Below the pieces are notes generated by a model. It did no database searches. It was not told the DNA's origin and saw nothing but the letters and a program-made list of their open reading frames with translations. From Octopus sinensis (taxonomy: Eukaryota), in contig NW_021835784.1 of NCBI RefSeq assembly GCF_006345805.1, positions 1 through 38,071 of the forward strand: DNA of 38,071 nt, in the 5' to 3' direction. Below are positions 24,266 through 36,262 of the stretch, piece after piece (position 1 is the stretch's first letter; each line of letters starts with the position of its first letter). The position numbers and the translations under genes are program-made.

Positions 24266-24514
24266 TATTATAGATGTCACAGAGTATACAATATCGTGGG
24301 GTTATTGACTGAAGATATTGTGTCTGGGGGTGGGGGTTGCACTGTTTGTCAAACCACAACAAGGACCTCAGACAGACAGTACTTTACGCAATATATTTGC
24401 AGTCCCAAGCAATACCGAATTTTTCGATACACCTAGATTTTAGGGTATTTTTAAAGTTTTCAGATGATTTTTCAGATTGGCTGGTATTGAACCCGTGTTA
24501 TTATTATTATAAAG

Positions 24515-24750
24515 AAGGTAGCGGACTGGCAGAATCGTTAGCACGCCGGCAAAATGCTTAGCGCCATTTTGTCCGTCCTTACGTTCTTAGTTCAAATTCC
24601 GCTGTGGTCGACTTTGTCTTTCATCCATTAGGGGTCGAGAAAATAAGTACCAGTCAAGTGCTGGAGCAGATGCAATGGATTAAACCCCTTCCCCAGAATC
24701 CAGGCCTTGTGCCTATAGAAGAAAGGATTATTATTATTATTATTATTATT
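24515..24750 (+). mobile_element. Diverged SINE family A variant with (ATT)n tail
   Basis: aaggtagcggactggcagaatcg head; ends gtgcctatagaagaaaggattattatt. Confidence 0.8.
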
Positions 24751-24951
24751 GCTATTATTATTATTAGTAGTATTATTAGTATTATTATTATTAAGATGAT
24801 AATGATAATGATGATGATTGTTGCGTAATAGAACGCTGCACGATATTTGATCAAGTTGCTTTATATTGTGAGTTGAAAGTCACCTAACTTGGTTGACTAC
24901 CCTGTTGCCGAAGTCGATGGAGATGCTTGTAATTTTTGATTGAATCATCTA

Positions 24952-25001
<50 letters not shown>

Positions 25002-25242
25002 TGAAGCATGCATAATCATCAGCACCATCGTAGCACCACAACCATCACCACCACCACTACTACCAGCTACATCACCACCACTGCTGCCATTGCAATATGT
25101 ACATATATACATATTTATATATAATTATATATATATATATATTATATATTATAATATATATATATATGTATATACACATACATATAAAGGTGTACATATA
25201 TACATATTTATAAATATAATATTATATATATATATAGATATG

Positions 25243-25385
25243 ATATTAATTAGAGACAAAACCACTATTTTGCAAAAAAAAACAAGGAATTTTTTTTGAA
25301 TTTTTTTAATTTTATTAAAATCTTATGTATTGATAAGTCTTTCCTTGTTTGTTTTGCAAATAGTGGTTTTGTCTCTAATTAATAT
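25243..25385. mobile_element. 143-bp element with ~45-bp inverted arms inside (TA)n
   Basis: atattaattagagacaaaaccactattttgcaaaaaaaaacaaggaa versus reverse complement atattaattagagacaaaaccactatttgcaaaacaaacaaggaa. Confidence 0.7.
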
Positions 25386-25464
25386 TATATAATATTTTAC
25401 TATAAAATTGGATTTAATCCTAAATCTGATTTTTTTGTCCCTGTAAATTTGGATTTATTCCTAA

Positions 25465-25556
25465 TATTATATATATATATATCTATATATATATATATAT
25501 ATATAATATATATACACGTACATATAAAGGTGTACATATATACATATATATGAATA

Positions 25557-25591
<35 letters not shown>

Positions 25592-25890
25592 TATATATAT
25601 ACACGTACATATATACATATATATGAATATAATATATATATATATACATATAAAGATGTACATATATACATATATTACATATATAGGCATATATACCTAT
25701 ATATATATATATAATATACATATATATGTTATATGTATATATATATGTATATATGTATATGTACATACATATACATATATATATTATATATATATATGTA
25801 CATATAGATAATATACATGTATATATATATTTACATATATATATACATATATATGCGTATATATATATATGTATATATATGTATACATGT

Positions 25891-25923
<33 letters not shown>

Positions 25924-25925
25924 TA

Positions 25926-25956
<31 letters not shown>

Positions 25957-26165
25957 GCATGTACATATACATATATCATATACGTATGTACATTACATAT
26001 ATACATATACATGTATATATATATTTACATATATAATACATATAATATATGCGTATATATATATGTATATATCTGTATACATGTAATGTATATATATATA
26101 TTATATTATATATATACTATATATTATATATTATACATATACATATATATATATATATGTATGTG
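25465..26165. repeat. Long degenerate (TA)n microsatellite
   Basis: Direct inspection. Confidence 0.96.
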
Positions 26166-26169
26166 TGTG

Positions 26170-26372
26170 TATATGTTTGTGTGTGTGTGTGACCCCCTAA
26201 CATCGCTTGACAACTGATGCTGGTGTGTTTACGTCCCCGTAACTTAGCGGTTCGGCAAAAGAGACCGATAGAATAAGTACTAGGATAGAATAAGTCCTGG
26301 AGTCGATTTTCTCGACTAAAAGGCGGTGCTCCAGCATGGTCGCAGTCAAAATGACTGAAACAAGTAAAAGAG
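26170..26372 (+). mobile_element. SINE family B tail without head
   Basis: Matches 5625-5828. Confidence 0.85.
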
Positions 26373-26409
26373 AGTATATATATGTATATATATATATATA
26401 TATATCGTA

Positions 26410-26790
26410 GGTATGGATGTGTGGTAAGCCACATGATTCCAGATTCAGTCCCACTGTTGGCACTTTAGATATGTGTTTTCTACTATAGCCACGGATTGAC
26501 CAAAGCCCTTGAGTACATGTGGTAGACGCAAGCTGAAAGAAGCCCGTTGTATATATGTATATATGTACATATCTGTGTGTCTGTGTCTGTTGCCCCCCTA
26601 TCTCTTGACCACCGACGTCGGTGTGTTTAGGTTTTCGTATCTTAGAGCGTTTCAGCAAAGAGACAGATAGAATATGCACTATGCTTGCAAAGAATAAGTC
26701 CTGGGATCGATTTGTTCGACTAAAACCGCTTAAGGCGGTGCCGAAGCATGGCCGCGGTCAAATGACTGAAACTAGTAAAAGAATAAAAGA
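26410..26790 (+). mobile_element. Diverged composite SINE family B
   Basis: Degenerate head gtgtggtaagccacatgattccagattcagtccc, microsatellite spacer, tail to gactgaaactagtaaaag. Confidence 0.8.
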
Positions 26791-26816
26791 ATATACACAT
26801 ATATATACATACATAT

Positions 26817-26863
<47 letters not shown>

Positions 26864-26866
<3 letters not shown>

Positions 26867-27068
26867 CAAAATGTGACCGCGTTGTACCGTTGGCGATTTT
26901 TTCCCTCTGTCTTCCCTTCTCTGCATCTTTCCTTCTCCTATGTTTCCGACGAAGAGCTCCGCTCGAAACGTTAAACCCTCCTTCTTTCCTGAGCGTCCAA
27001 TAATACTATATTTGTTCCACGTCCTCGCGTTGTGTTTTTTTTGTGCTTTCTTGTTTGGATTAACTTTT
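26864..27068 (+). mobile_element. Penelope-like pLTR fragment in (TA)n
   Basis: Pyrimidine-rich block carrying a minimal hammerhead motif, flanked by TA repeats. Confidence 0.6.
26942..26976 (+). ncRNA. Minimal type I hammerhead ribozyme motif (core variant)
   Basis: GTTT CCGACGA A GAGC TCC GCTC GAA ACGT T AAAC: 4-bp stem I, core box with U4 to C, 4-bp stem II, GAAA, palindromic ACGT stem III. Confidence 0.65.
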
Positions 27069-27457
27069 TATATATATATGATTGCGTGTTACAGGTGTCT
27101 CAACTGTGTTTTGTCTTTAAAGCCACGCTCTATTCCAGCGTTTTTGTAATAAGAAGATACAACGTTGAAAGATTATTCTTCATCGAAACAGAGCGATTGT
27201 ATAATTCTAGAGAGGCGGAAAAGGTAGACACAGGAGGTTTTGTGGTGTTCATCACTCTCTACCTGAGACAATAGGGTAATAATTAATGCACGATACTGAC
27301 TATCACCACCCCGATTTCGCCGAACCGTAACACAAGCAGAAGTAAATTGTTTTTTGCTAAATGATGAAGAAATCATTTCGTGAAGCAAATTTGAATATCA
27401 TCAGAAAACAACTGAAGAATTGTTTCGTTTCTAAAACGAAACAATTTTTATAGTTAA

Positions 27458-27756
27458 CTAGCAGTATCGCCCGGCGTTGCTCGGGTTTGTAAGGGAAATA
27501 ACTATAAAAGCATTTTTAGAGAGTTATAGCCAAAAAATAGCAAAAAAATGCATTAAAAATGGAAAAAAAATGATGGTAATTTTTTTTTTAATCGTAGACT
27601 CATCGTAGACGCGCGCTAATACCCAGAAGGGCTCGATATAAATCACGACTATAAGATACCCGGTTTTGGTTAAACTGCACCGCAAAATGTGGGAGTAGTT
27701 AAGAATCTAAATCGTAGGAGACAGACAGCACACAACCTCTCTTTTATATATAAAGA
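27458..27756 (-). mobile_element. Non-autonomous Helitron, 299 bp
   Basis: Minus strand starts A|TCTTTATATATAAAAG and ends in hairpin cccgagcaacgccggg, 8 nt, CTAG|T; AT target, no TSD. Confidence 0.85.
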
Positions 27757-28099
27757 TTAAAGAAAGACCGGAAAACATAAAAACTCGACAGTTTAAACAA
27801 AAGCAGACTTGCCAAACATTTAAATTCTTACACACACACACACACACGCTTCTGTTGCATACGACGGATTTTATTCGGCTGAACGGCTATTTGCAGCATC
27901 AGTGAATGTTTGACTGACTTTTTTATTGGCATATGGTTGGCTGTGATTATATGCTACTGACAAAGCTCATGTAAGCAGAAATGCGACCGGCATTCTCACT
28001 TGCCACTGCTAAGACGATCTTCAGCTGCTTTCGGTATATTTTGAGTTTTTTTAAACAGCGCTGTATTTCCTATTTAAATGTTTCTTTCTTTTTCTTTCT

Positions 28100-28497
28100 T
28101 TCTTTTTACTTGTTTCAGTCATTTGGACTGCGGCCATGCTGGAGTACCGCCTTTAATCGAGCAACTCGACTCCGGGACTTATTCTTTTGAAAGCCCAGTA
28201 CTTATTCTATCGGTTTCTTTTGCCGAACCGCTAGGTGACGGGGACATAAACACACCAGCATCGGTTGTCAATCAATGCTAGGGGGACAAACACAGACACA
28301 CAAACATACACGCACACACACATATATATATATACGACAGGCTTCTTTCAGTTTCCGTCTACCAAATCCACTCACAAGGCTTTGGTCGGCTCGAGGCTAT
28401 AGCAGAAGACACTTGCCCAAGGTGCCATGCAGTGGGACTGAACCCGGAAGCATGTGGCTGGTAAAAAAGCTACTTACCACACAGCCACCCCTGCGCC
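28100..28497 (-). mobile_element. Composite SINE family B
   Basis: Reverse complement of 5422-5828. Confidence 0.9.
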
Positions 28498-28649
28498 TTT
28501 GTTGATATACAATTGTAAAATTTAGAATGGTGGTTATAGAAATATTCATTATGATGGATAAAAGTAATTCACCGGAACTTATAATTTGCCACTTTGTTTA
28601 TGTATGAGGAAGTGTTAGCTAAGATATTTCACTGAAATGTTACGTTAAT

Positions 28650-28800
28650 ATTGGTTTCAAATTTTGGCACAAGACCTGTAATTTCGCGGGAGGGAGTAAG
28701 TCAATTACATTGACCCCGGTGCTTAACTGATACTTATTTTATCGACCCTGAAAGGATGAAAGGCAGAATTTGAACTCGGAGCGTAAAGCCGAAAGAAATG
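28650..28800 (-). mobile_element. Diverged SINE family A variant
   Basis: ttatcgaccctgaaaggatgaaaggc is the reverse complement of the family A core. Confidence 0.7.
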
Positions 28801-28807
28801 ACTATAA

Positions 28808-29190
28808 GCGCAGGAGTGGCTGTGTGGTAAGTAGCGTGCTTACCAACCACATGGTTCCGGGTTCAGTCCCACTGCGTGGCACCTTGGGCAAGTGTCTTCT
28901 ATTATAGCCTCGGGCCGACCAAAGCCTTGTGAGTGGATTAGGTAGACGGAAACTAAAAGAAGCGTGTCGTTTATATGTATATATATATATGTGTATGTTT
29001 GTGTGTCTGTGTTTGTCCCCCTAGCATTGCTTGACAACCGATGCTGGTGTGTTCATGTCCCCGTAACTTAGCGGTTCCGCAAAAAGAGACCAATAGGATA
29101 AGTACTAGGCTTACAAAGAATAAGTCGACTAAAGGCGGTGCTCCAGAATGGCCGCAGTCAAATGACTGAAACAAGTAAAAGAGTAAAGAG
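28808..29190 (+). mobile_element. Composite SINE family B
   Basis: Head, spacer and tail as at 5422-5828. Confidence 0.9.
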
Positions 29191-29657
29191 TAAGCGTTTT
29201 GTCTTGCGTGGTTACGGTTCTGCCTGCCAGCTTTACGCCTCTTTATTATCGAGGACAAAGTTATGTGAAGAATTCTCTTTGACAATTATTGTCAGTTTTA
29301 GATATTACTAACAAACACACACACACATTCACAAAAGTAAACACCTTCATGCGATTACACCACCTCCTAGAAATAGTAGCCAATTCACCTGCAAATCGTC
29401 CAGAAACACATATAATGAAGAAAACAGTACCTTGACTCGGTAACATCGTTTATGGAGATGCCATCTGTGTAAGTATTGTAGAACGTATATACTAACGCTT
29501 CAGAATAGGAAATAAAATATTACAAAAATATTTTGCTAAACAACATTAAAATTTCATTAATTTGCTCCATTAAAAATCGCCTGACACAATATCTATTTTC
29601 TGAAAATGGAAATACAGGTAAAGGTAATAAGTTTCTCATAATATTTGAATTGAAAAG

Positions 29658-29696
<39 letters not shown>

Positions 29697-29719
29697 TGCT
29701 TGTGTTTGTGTTTGTGTGT

Positions 29720-29900
29720 GCGTGTGTGTGCCTATATTTACGTCCCCCTAACTTAGCGGTTCGGCAAAAGAGGCCGATAGAGTAAGTACTAGGCTTTCAA
29801 AAATACGCAATGGGTTCACTTCATTCGAGTCGAAATTCTTCAATGTGGTGTTCCAGCATGGCCGCAGTCTAATGATTGAAACAAGTAACGGATAAAAAAT
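29720..29900 (+). mobile_element. Diverged SINE family B tail
   Basis: tttacgtcccctaacttagcggttcggcaaaagag...ccagcatggccgcagtc. Confidence 0.8.
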
Positions 29901-30061
29901 ATAAAGGTTTACTTCAAATATAAGTTTTCACGTAACACTTATAATCTCTATTGAAAAATTAAGACTTGTAGGAGTTACTTCCCCTAAAGAAGATATTTCA
30001 GAGTTGCGTCCCTTAACATATTCTACACGTAAAGTATGTATACGTCGGCACATTCTCATTT

Positions 30062-30149
<88 letters not shown>

Positions 30150-30641
30150 CTCTCTCTCTCAAATACGCGCACAATCTGTTGTTTTATGGATGTCAAACAT
30201 TGAACAACGGCCATGCTGCAGCACAAGTACTTTCAGGTGGAACTTAAATTTTATCGACATCAACCTCGAATGAATACGGAACGAAGAGGAGGAAAAAAAT
30301 ATGAAAAAAAATGAAAAAAATAAAAACTTGCTAGCGTGTAAGGGGACGTAACCGAGACTGATCGAATTATTAGTTTTCTATCGTTGCACCGACTTTGGAC
30401 ATTCCAAGACGACCCCCCACACACACATACACATACTCTTTCAAGTACATCCAGTTGAGGGTCCTGAAGTGAATACATGCATGCAAACGCATTTACTTAT
30501 GGAATTTTTTATTATTTAAAAAATTTTTATTTCATTTTATCTAGTGTCAGCTCAAGAGCTGTGGCCACGCTGGGGCAGCGCCATTTATACTCACAGAAAC
30601 ATATACATAAGCAGTAATAAAGTTCGCACACCCTGCGCACG

Positions 30642-30799
30642 AGATTCCATCTTATGCCAGGGGGAGAAACTAGAAGTAGTTGATAGCTTCTGCTACCTAG
30701 GTGACGAAGTCTGTTGTGGGGGTGGATGCTCAGAGGATGTTACCACTAGAATAAGAATAGCCTGGGCAAAGTTCAGAAAGCTTCTACTACTACTGGTGA
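30642..30799 (+). mobile_element. RTE-type LINE fragment (C-terminal RT region)
   Basis: CQGEKLEVVDSFCYLGDEV...GGCSEDVTTRIRIAWAKFRKL matches the RTE motif LEVVxxFxYLG...RIxxAWxxF. Confidence 0.8.
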
Positions 30800-30815
30800 C
30801 ACACACACACACACA

Positions 30816-30859
<44 letters not shown>

Positions 30860-31098
30860 TGTAAACGCACATGTATATAGACACACACCAACCAATTCCG
30901 GTGACCACAAAACCCAAGACTTGTCTTGATTTAAATAAGAAACTTAACACTTTGGCGATCGGTTTAAATTCTGCAAAGGCGGCGGTGAATACTTAGACCC
31001 TAATGAAAAACATCTATATACATGCAGTACCTATATACATTCACACATATATGCATACGCATATATTACACACATGTATTCACGTACATATAATACAT

Positions 31099-31380
31099 AA
31101 TAAATAAATAAATAAATGCGCCCTTTTAAAGCCTAGCCAGGCTCGTGGGCCCGGTTTCGTGGGCCCGGTTTCCCGGTTTCAATGGCGTATGTGTTCCCCA
31201 GCTGGACGGGACGCCAGTCCATCGCAGTGTTACTCATTTTTGCCAGCTGAGTGGACTGGAGCAACGTGAAATGAAGTGTTTTACTCAAGAACACAACGAG
31301 TCGCCCGGTCCAGGAATCGAAACCACAATCTTTCGATCATGATGCTGACACCCTAACCACTAAACCACGCGCCTCCACAC
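31099..31380 (-). mobile_element. tRNA-derived SINE family C, full length with (TTTA)n tail
   Basis: A box tggtttagtgg, B box gtttcgattcc; 8-bp TSD taatacat at 31091-31098 and 31384-31391. Confidence 0.9.
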
Positions 31381-31406
31381 ATTTAATACATGCATATGTA
31401 TATATA

Positions 31407-31772
31407 GGCGCAGGAGTGGCTGTGTGGTAAGTAGCTTGCTAACCAACCACATGGTTCCGGGTTCAGTCCCACTGCGTGGCATCTTGGGCAAGTGTCTTCT
31501 GCTATAGCCCCGGGCCGACCAAAGCCTTGTGAGTGGATTTGGTAGATATATATGTGTGTATGTGTGTGTTTGTGTGTCTGTGTTTGTCCCCCTAGCATTG
31601 CTTGAAAACCGATGCTGGTGTGTTTACGTCCCCGTCACTTAGCGGTTCGGCAAAAGACACCGATAGAATAAGTACTGGGTTTACAAAGAATAAGTCCCGG
31701 GGTCGATTAGCTCGACTAAAGGCGGTGCTCCAGCATGGCCGCAGTCAAATGACTGAAACAAGTAAAAAAAAA
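31407..31772 (+). mobile_element. Composite SINE family B with small internal deletion
   Basis: Head and tail as in other copies; lacks cggaaactgaaagaagcc before the spacer. Confidence 0.9.
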
Positions 31773-32354
31773 AATACGTACACATGCGCACACATACATG
31801 CATACACACAAAATCAAGCGTCTATGTGTACCGACACACATAAAAACATCATACATATGTACACACAGAGAGAAGCATATATATATACAAACATTCACAC
31901 AAACAATACATACATGCTAGCCCACACATTCATATACACATACACACATGAGTGAAACAAAAGGAAATTTGGCCAGTTACAGAAGTGAGTTGGGCAGAAA
32001 ATTTAAAGACTGCTTTCAAAATGGAGAAATAAAATATTTATGGAGAATTTCCTGGAAAACCAATCAATCCTTTATTCCATAATAATTCCAATTATAATTA
32101 ATTCCATTAATTATAATTGCAGTTGGAGTCGGAAAAATTGCATAAATTTAACCTGTGGGGAAAAATTTTTAAATTAAGGGTTTGAAATAGAGAAAGGGAT
32201 TAGCTAAAATGTATAATCATTAAGCGGGACAGTTAAAATCTGCGAGACTTCTTAAAAGTTCAGTTTATAATTCTTTACCATTGTAGTTGTGTTGTTGTTG
32301 TTGTTGTTGTTATGATAGTTGTAGCGATGGAACTTTGTTTGTTTTGTAGAAACC

Positions 32355-32745
32355 AGCGAAATGCTTAGCGGTATTTCGTTTGCCGCTACGTTCTGAGTTC
32401 AAATTCCGCCGAGGTCGACTTTGCCTTTCATCCTTTCGGGGTCGATAAATTAAGTATCAGTTACGCACTGGGGTCGATGTAATCGACTTAATCTCTTTGT
32501 CTGTCCTTATTTGTTCCCTCTGTGTGTAGCCCCTTGTGGGTAGTAAAGAAATAGGCATTTCGTCTGCCGTTACGTTCTGAGTTCAAATTCCGCCGAGGTC
32601 GACTTTGCCTTTCATCCTTTCGGGGTCGATAAATTAAGTACCAGTCACGCACTGGGGATCGATGTAATCGACTTAATCCCTTTGTCTGTCCTTGTTTGTC
32701 CCCTCTATGTTTAGTCCCTTGTGGGCAATAAACAAATAAGAAAAG
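32355..32745 (+). mobile_element. SINE family A, 5' truncated, with tandem head-less unit
   Basis: Two units joined at aaagaaataggcatttcgtc near 32550. Confidence 0.9.
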
Positions 32746-32869
32746 AAATAAGAAACAAGTTCGTTTTTTGTAACCCCCGCCCGGGCCCCTCGCATTTATA
32801 CATCCTTAAATATGAAGGGATATAAAAACGGCTTAACTTGGAAAGGACGTATCGTCCTCCACTTTCATC

Positions 32870-33300
32870 TCACCATCACCATTACCACCACCACTACCAC
32901 TAACACCACCGCCACTATCAACAACAGTACTAGCACCACTAGCAGGTCCATTATAACCAGCGTCAGCACCACCACCACCACCACCACCACTATCACCACC
33001 ACCATCACCACCACCACTACCACAACCACCTCCACCATCACCACCTCCACCACAACCACCTCCACCATCACCACCTCCACCACAACCACCACGACCACGA
33101 CCATCACCACCACCATCACCCACAACCACCATCACCACCACAACCACCTCCACCATCACCACTACCACCACCACCACCACAACCACCTCCACCACCACCA
33201 CCACTATCACAACCACCACCACTATCACAACCACCATCACCATCACCACCACCACCACCACCACCACCGTCGACCGACGCTACCAGCATCACCAATGCCA
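32870..33300. repeat. Degenerate (ACC)n trinucleotide tract
   Basis: Source of the poly-T/H/V/G ORFs in the track. Confidence 0.95.
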
Positions 33301-33491
33301 TCACCCCCCCCCCCAGCAAATTGATCCAGTTTCTGGGATTTTCTCCAGGCTAAAAAGAAAGGTAGAATCAAAGGCAACGAAATAAAGAGTTTCCCCGAAA
33401 ATATTCAGAATATTCATCAGTTGAATGTAAAATTCTGTTCTTAATTACAAATTCCTTGTTTGCTGCCATTTACTGGGTTTATACACACGCT

Positions 33492-33494
<3 letters not shown>

Positions 33495-33538
<44 letters not shown>

Positions 33539-34198
33539 GAACACATACACATACATACATACATACACAGACGAACACATACACACACATACATACACAG
33601 AAATACACACTCACACACACAGACGAACACATACACAGAAATACACACACACACAGACGAACACATACACACACATACATACACAGACGAACACATACAC
33701 ATACATACATACACAGAAATACACACTCGCACACACAGACGAACACATACACATACATACATACACAGACGAACACATACACATACATACATACACAGAA
33801 ATACACACTCACACACACAGACGAACACATACACATACATACATTCAAACATACATAAATACATACATACATACATATATATATATATATACATACACAC
33901 ACAGACGAACACATACACACATACATGCACTGACGAACATATACACACATACATACATTCAAATATACATAAATACATACATACATACATATATATATAC
34001 ACATACACACACACAGACGAACACATACACACATACATACACATACATATACAGACGAACATATACACACATACATACATTCAAACATACATACACACAC
34101 ACGGACGAACACATACACACACACACAGACGAACACATACACACACAAACATACACTCGGACAAACAGACGAACACATACACACAAACATACATACAT

Positions 34199-34232
<34 letters not shown>

Positions 34233-34250
34233 GCAGAGCCGAACACACGT
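33495..34250. repeat. Complex (CA)/(CATA) minisatellite punctuated by GACGAACA
   Basis: 15 GACGAACA occurrences counted by eye, plus recurring cagaaatacac and cattcaaa. Confidence 0.92.
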
Positions 34251-34508
34251 ATTTCGTTGAAGGTTAATTAAACTGGAATACACACACACACCTTTGTGCA
34301 TATATGTGTTTGCTTACCTGTGTGTGTATGTATGTGCATATCTATACATATACGAATTTACATACATGTATACATGTATATAATATATATATATATTATA
34401 TAATATTATATATATATAAATATAATTATATATATATAAATCTATCTATATATATATATATAAATTTATATATATATATAAATGTATTGCGTATGTTTCT
34501 CTCTCTCA

Positions 34509-34551
<43 letters not shown>

Positions 34552-34905
34552 CACCCACATACACAAATACTTACGCACAAACATACAATGTGTGCGTGTA
34601 TGTGTGCTTGTGTCTACATGTGTATAACACATGTATATATATATAAGCATGCATTATTTCGGAAGCAGGTTCTCCTCGACATGAAATATTTGTGCGATTA
34701 TGTCAGAGCTCAGCGCTTAGAAGAAGACGAACAAACAACAATAAAAAGAATAAAAAACATTTAAAACTAAAAAAAAAAAAAACCCTTCTACAACATAAGC
34801 ATTATTCGCCTATTGTTTTCCGTTTGTTCCTCCTCCTCCTCTTACTACTACTATCCACCTCCTCATTTTATTATTATTATTATTATTATTACTATTATTA
34901 TTATT

Positions 34906-35168
34906 ACGTTAGACACCATTGTTCTGTTTATTTTAGTTTACCAAAAAGTCTTTTCGACATTTTAACACTTCTTTTTTCCTTCATATCATCATCATCATCA
35001 TCTTCTTCTTCTTCTTCTTCTTCTTCTTCTTCTTCTTCTTCTTCTTCCATCGCCCACCTTACCCAGCCCCACTACCCACCGTCTACCTGTTTATTTCTTG
35101 TTTTGTCGGATGTCTAATTTGGTTTTAGTAAAGAAATAACACGACGACGACAACAACAACAACAACAA
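34906..35168 (+). repeat. Left arm of ~250-bp inverted repeat
   Basis: Reverse complement of 37034-37267 apart from a few substitutions and microsatellite length differences. Confidence 0.92.
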
Positions 35169-35207
35169 TAATAATAATAGATAATAATAATAATCAGAAT
35201 AATGATA

Positions 35208-35238
<31 letters not shown>

Positions 35239-35336
35239 TAATAATATAATAATCAGAATAATGATAATAACGATAATGATAATAATAATAATAATAATAA
35301 TATAATAATATAATAATGATGATAATAATTATATGT

Positions 35337-35371
<35 letters not shown>

Positions 35372-35391
35372 GTAATATAATAATAATAATG

Positions 35392-35423
<32 letters not shown>

Positions 35424-35436
35424 CAGAATAATGATA

Positions 35437-35467
<31 letters not shown>

Positions 35468-35604
35468 TAATGATAATAATAATAATAATAATAATGATGA
35501 TAATGATAATGAAATATAATAATAATAATAATAATAATAATAGTAATAATAATAATAATGATAATAATAATAATAATAATAATAATTATAAAATAATAAT
35601 AATG

Positions 35605-35653
<49 letters not shown>

Positions 35654-35690
35654 TGATGATGATGATGATGATGATAACAGCAACAACAGC
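35169..35690. repeat. (AAT)n/(GAT)n microsatellite
   Basis: Direct inspection. Confidence 0.97.
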
Positions 35691-35749
35691 AACAAATGTT
35701 GTTGGAAAAATATTTAGAGTTAAATTCAATAACTTAAAATCAATAAATA

Positions 35750-36118
35750 ACGATTTCAAATTTTGGCACAAGGCCAGCAATTTCGGGGAAGGGCCTAAGT
35801 CGATTACATCGACCCCAGTGCTCAACTGGGCCTTATTTTATCGACCTCGAAAGAATAAAAGCCAATGTCGACCTCGGCGGAATTTGAACTAAGAACTTGA
35901 AGACGGACAATGTAATAGTAATATTTATTTCTTTATTACCCACAAAGGGCTAAACACAGAGAGCACAAACAAGGACAGACAAAGGGATTAAGTTGATTAC
36001 ATCGACCCCAGTGCGTAACTGGTACTTATTTAATCGACCCCGAAAGGTTGAAAGGCAAAGTCGACCTCGGCGGAATTTGAACTCAGAACTTGAAGACGGA
36101 CAACGTAATAGTAATATT
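35750..36118 (-). mobile_element. Two 5'-truncated SINE family A units with different 3' ends
   Basis: Both end at gaacttgaagacggacaa followed by gtaatagtaatatt. Confidence 0.85.
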
Positions 36119-36262
36119 GGTAATGGTTTAGGTGCTGCTAGATGACAGAGGGCGTTGTTGTTTGGCGCCAAACCGACCATGACCACCCCATCTTTCATCT
36201 CAGATACCCCTAATTATTGCGTTAACCAATTACTGTCTTTGATGTTTCTTATAAGACAGGAA

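Noticed and set aside
27100-27230. Strong minus-strand acceptor cttttccgcctctctag and a plus-strand exon-like segment
   Set aside because: No matching good donor on the minus strand; the peptides are not recognisable.
32812-33324. Thr/His-rich 170-aa ORF resembling a mucin or metal-binding protein
   Set aside because: Entirely a degenerate (ACC)n tract with reciprocal poly-Val and poly-Gly ORFs on the other strand; no splice or domain support.
33495-34250. Repeat-spacer appearance suggesting a CRISPR-like array
   Set aside because: The recurring motif is only 8-15 nt, the spacers are low-complexity CA/CATA rather than unique, and there are no cas genes in this eukaryotic context.
35389-35892. 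Poly-Ile/Asn/Leu ORFs
   Set aside because: Translations of the (AAT)n/(GAT)n tract running into a SINE.
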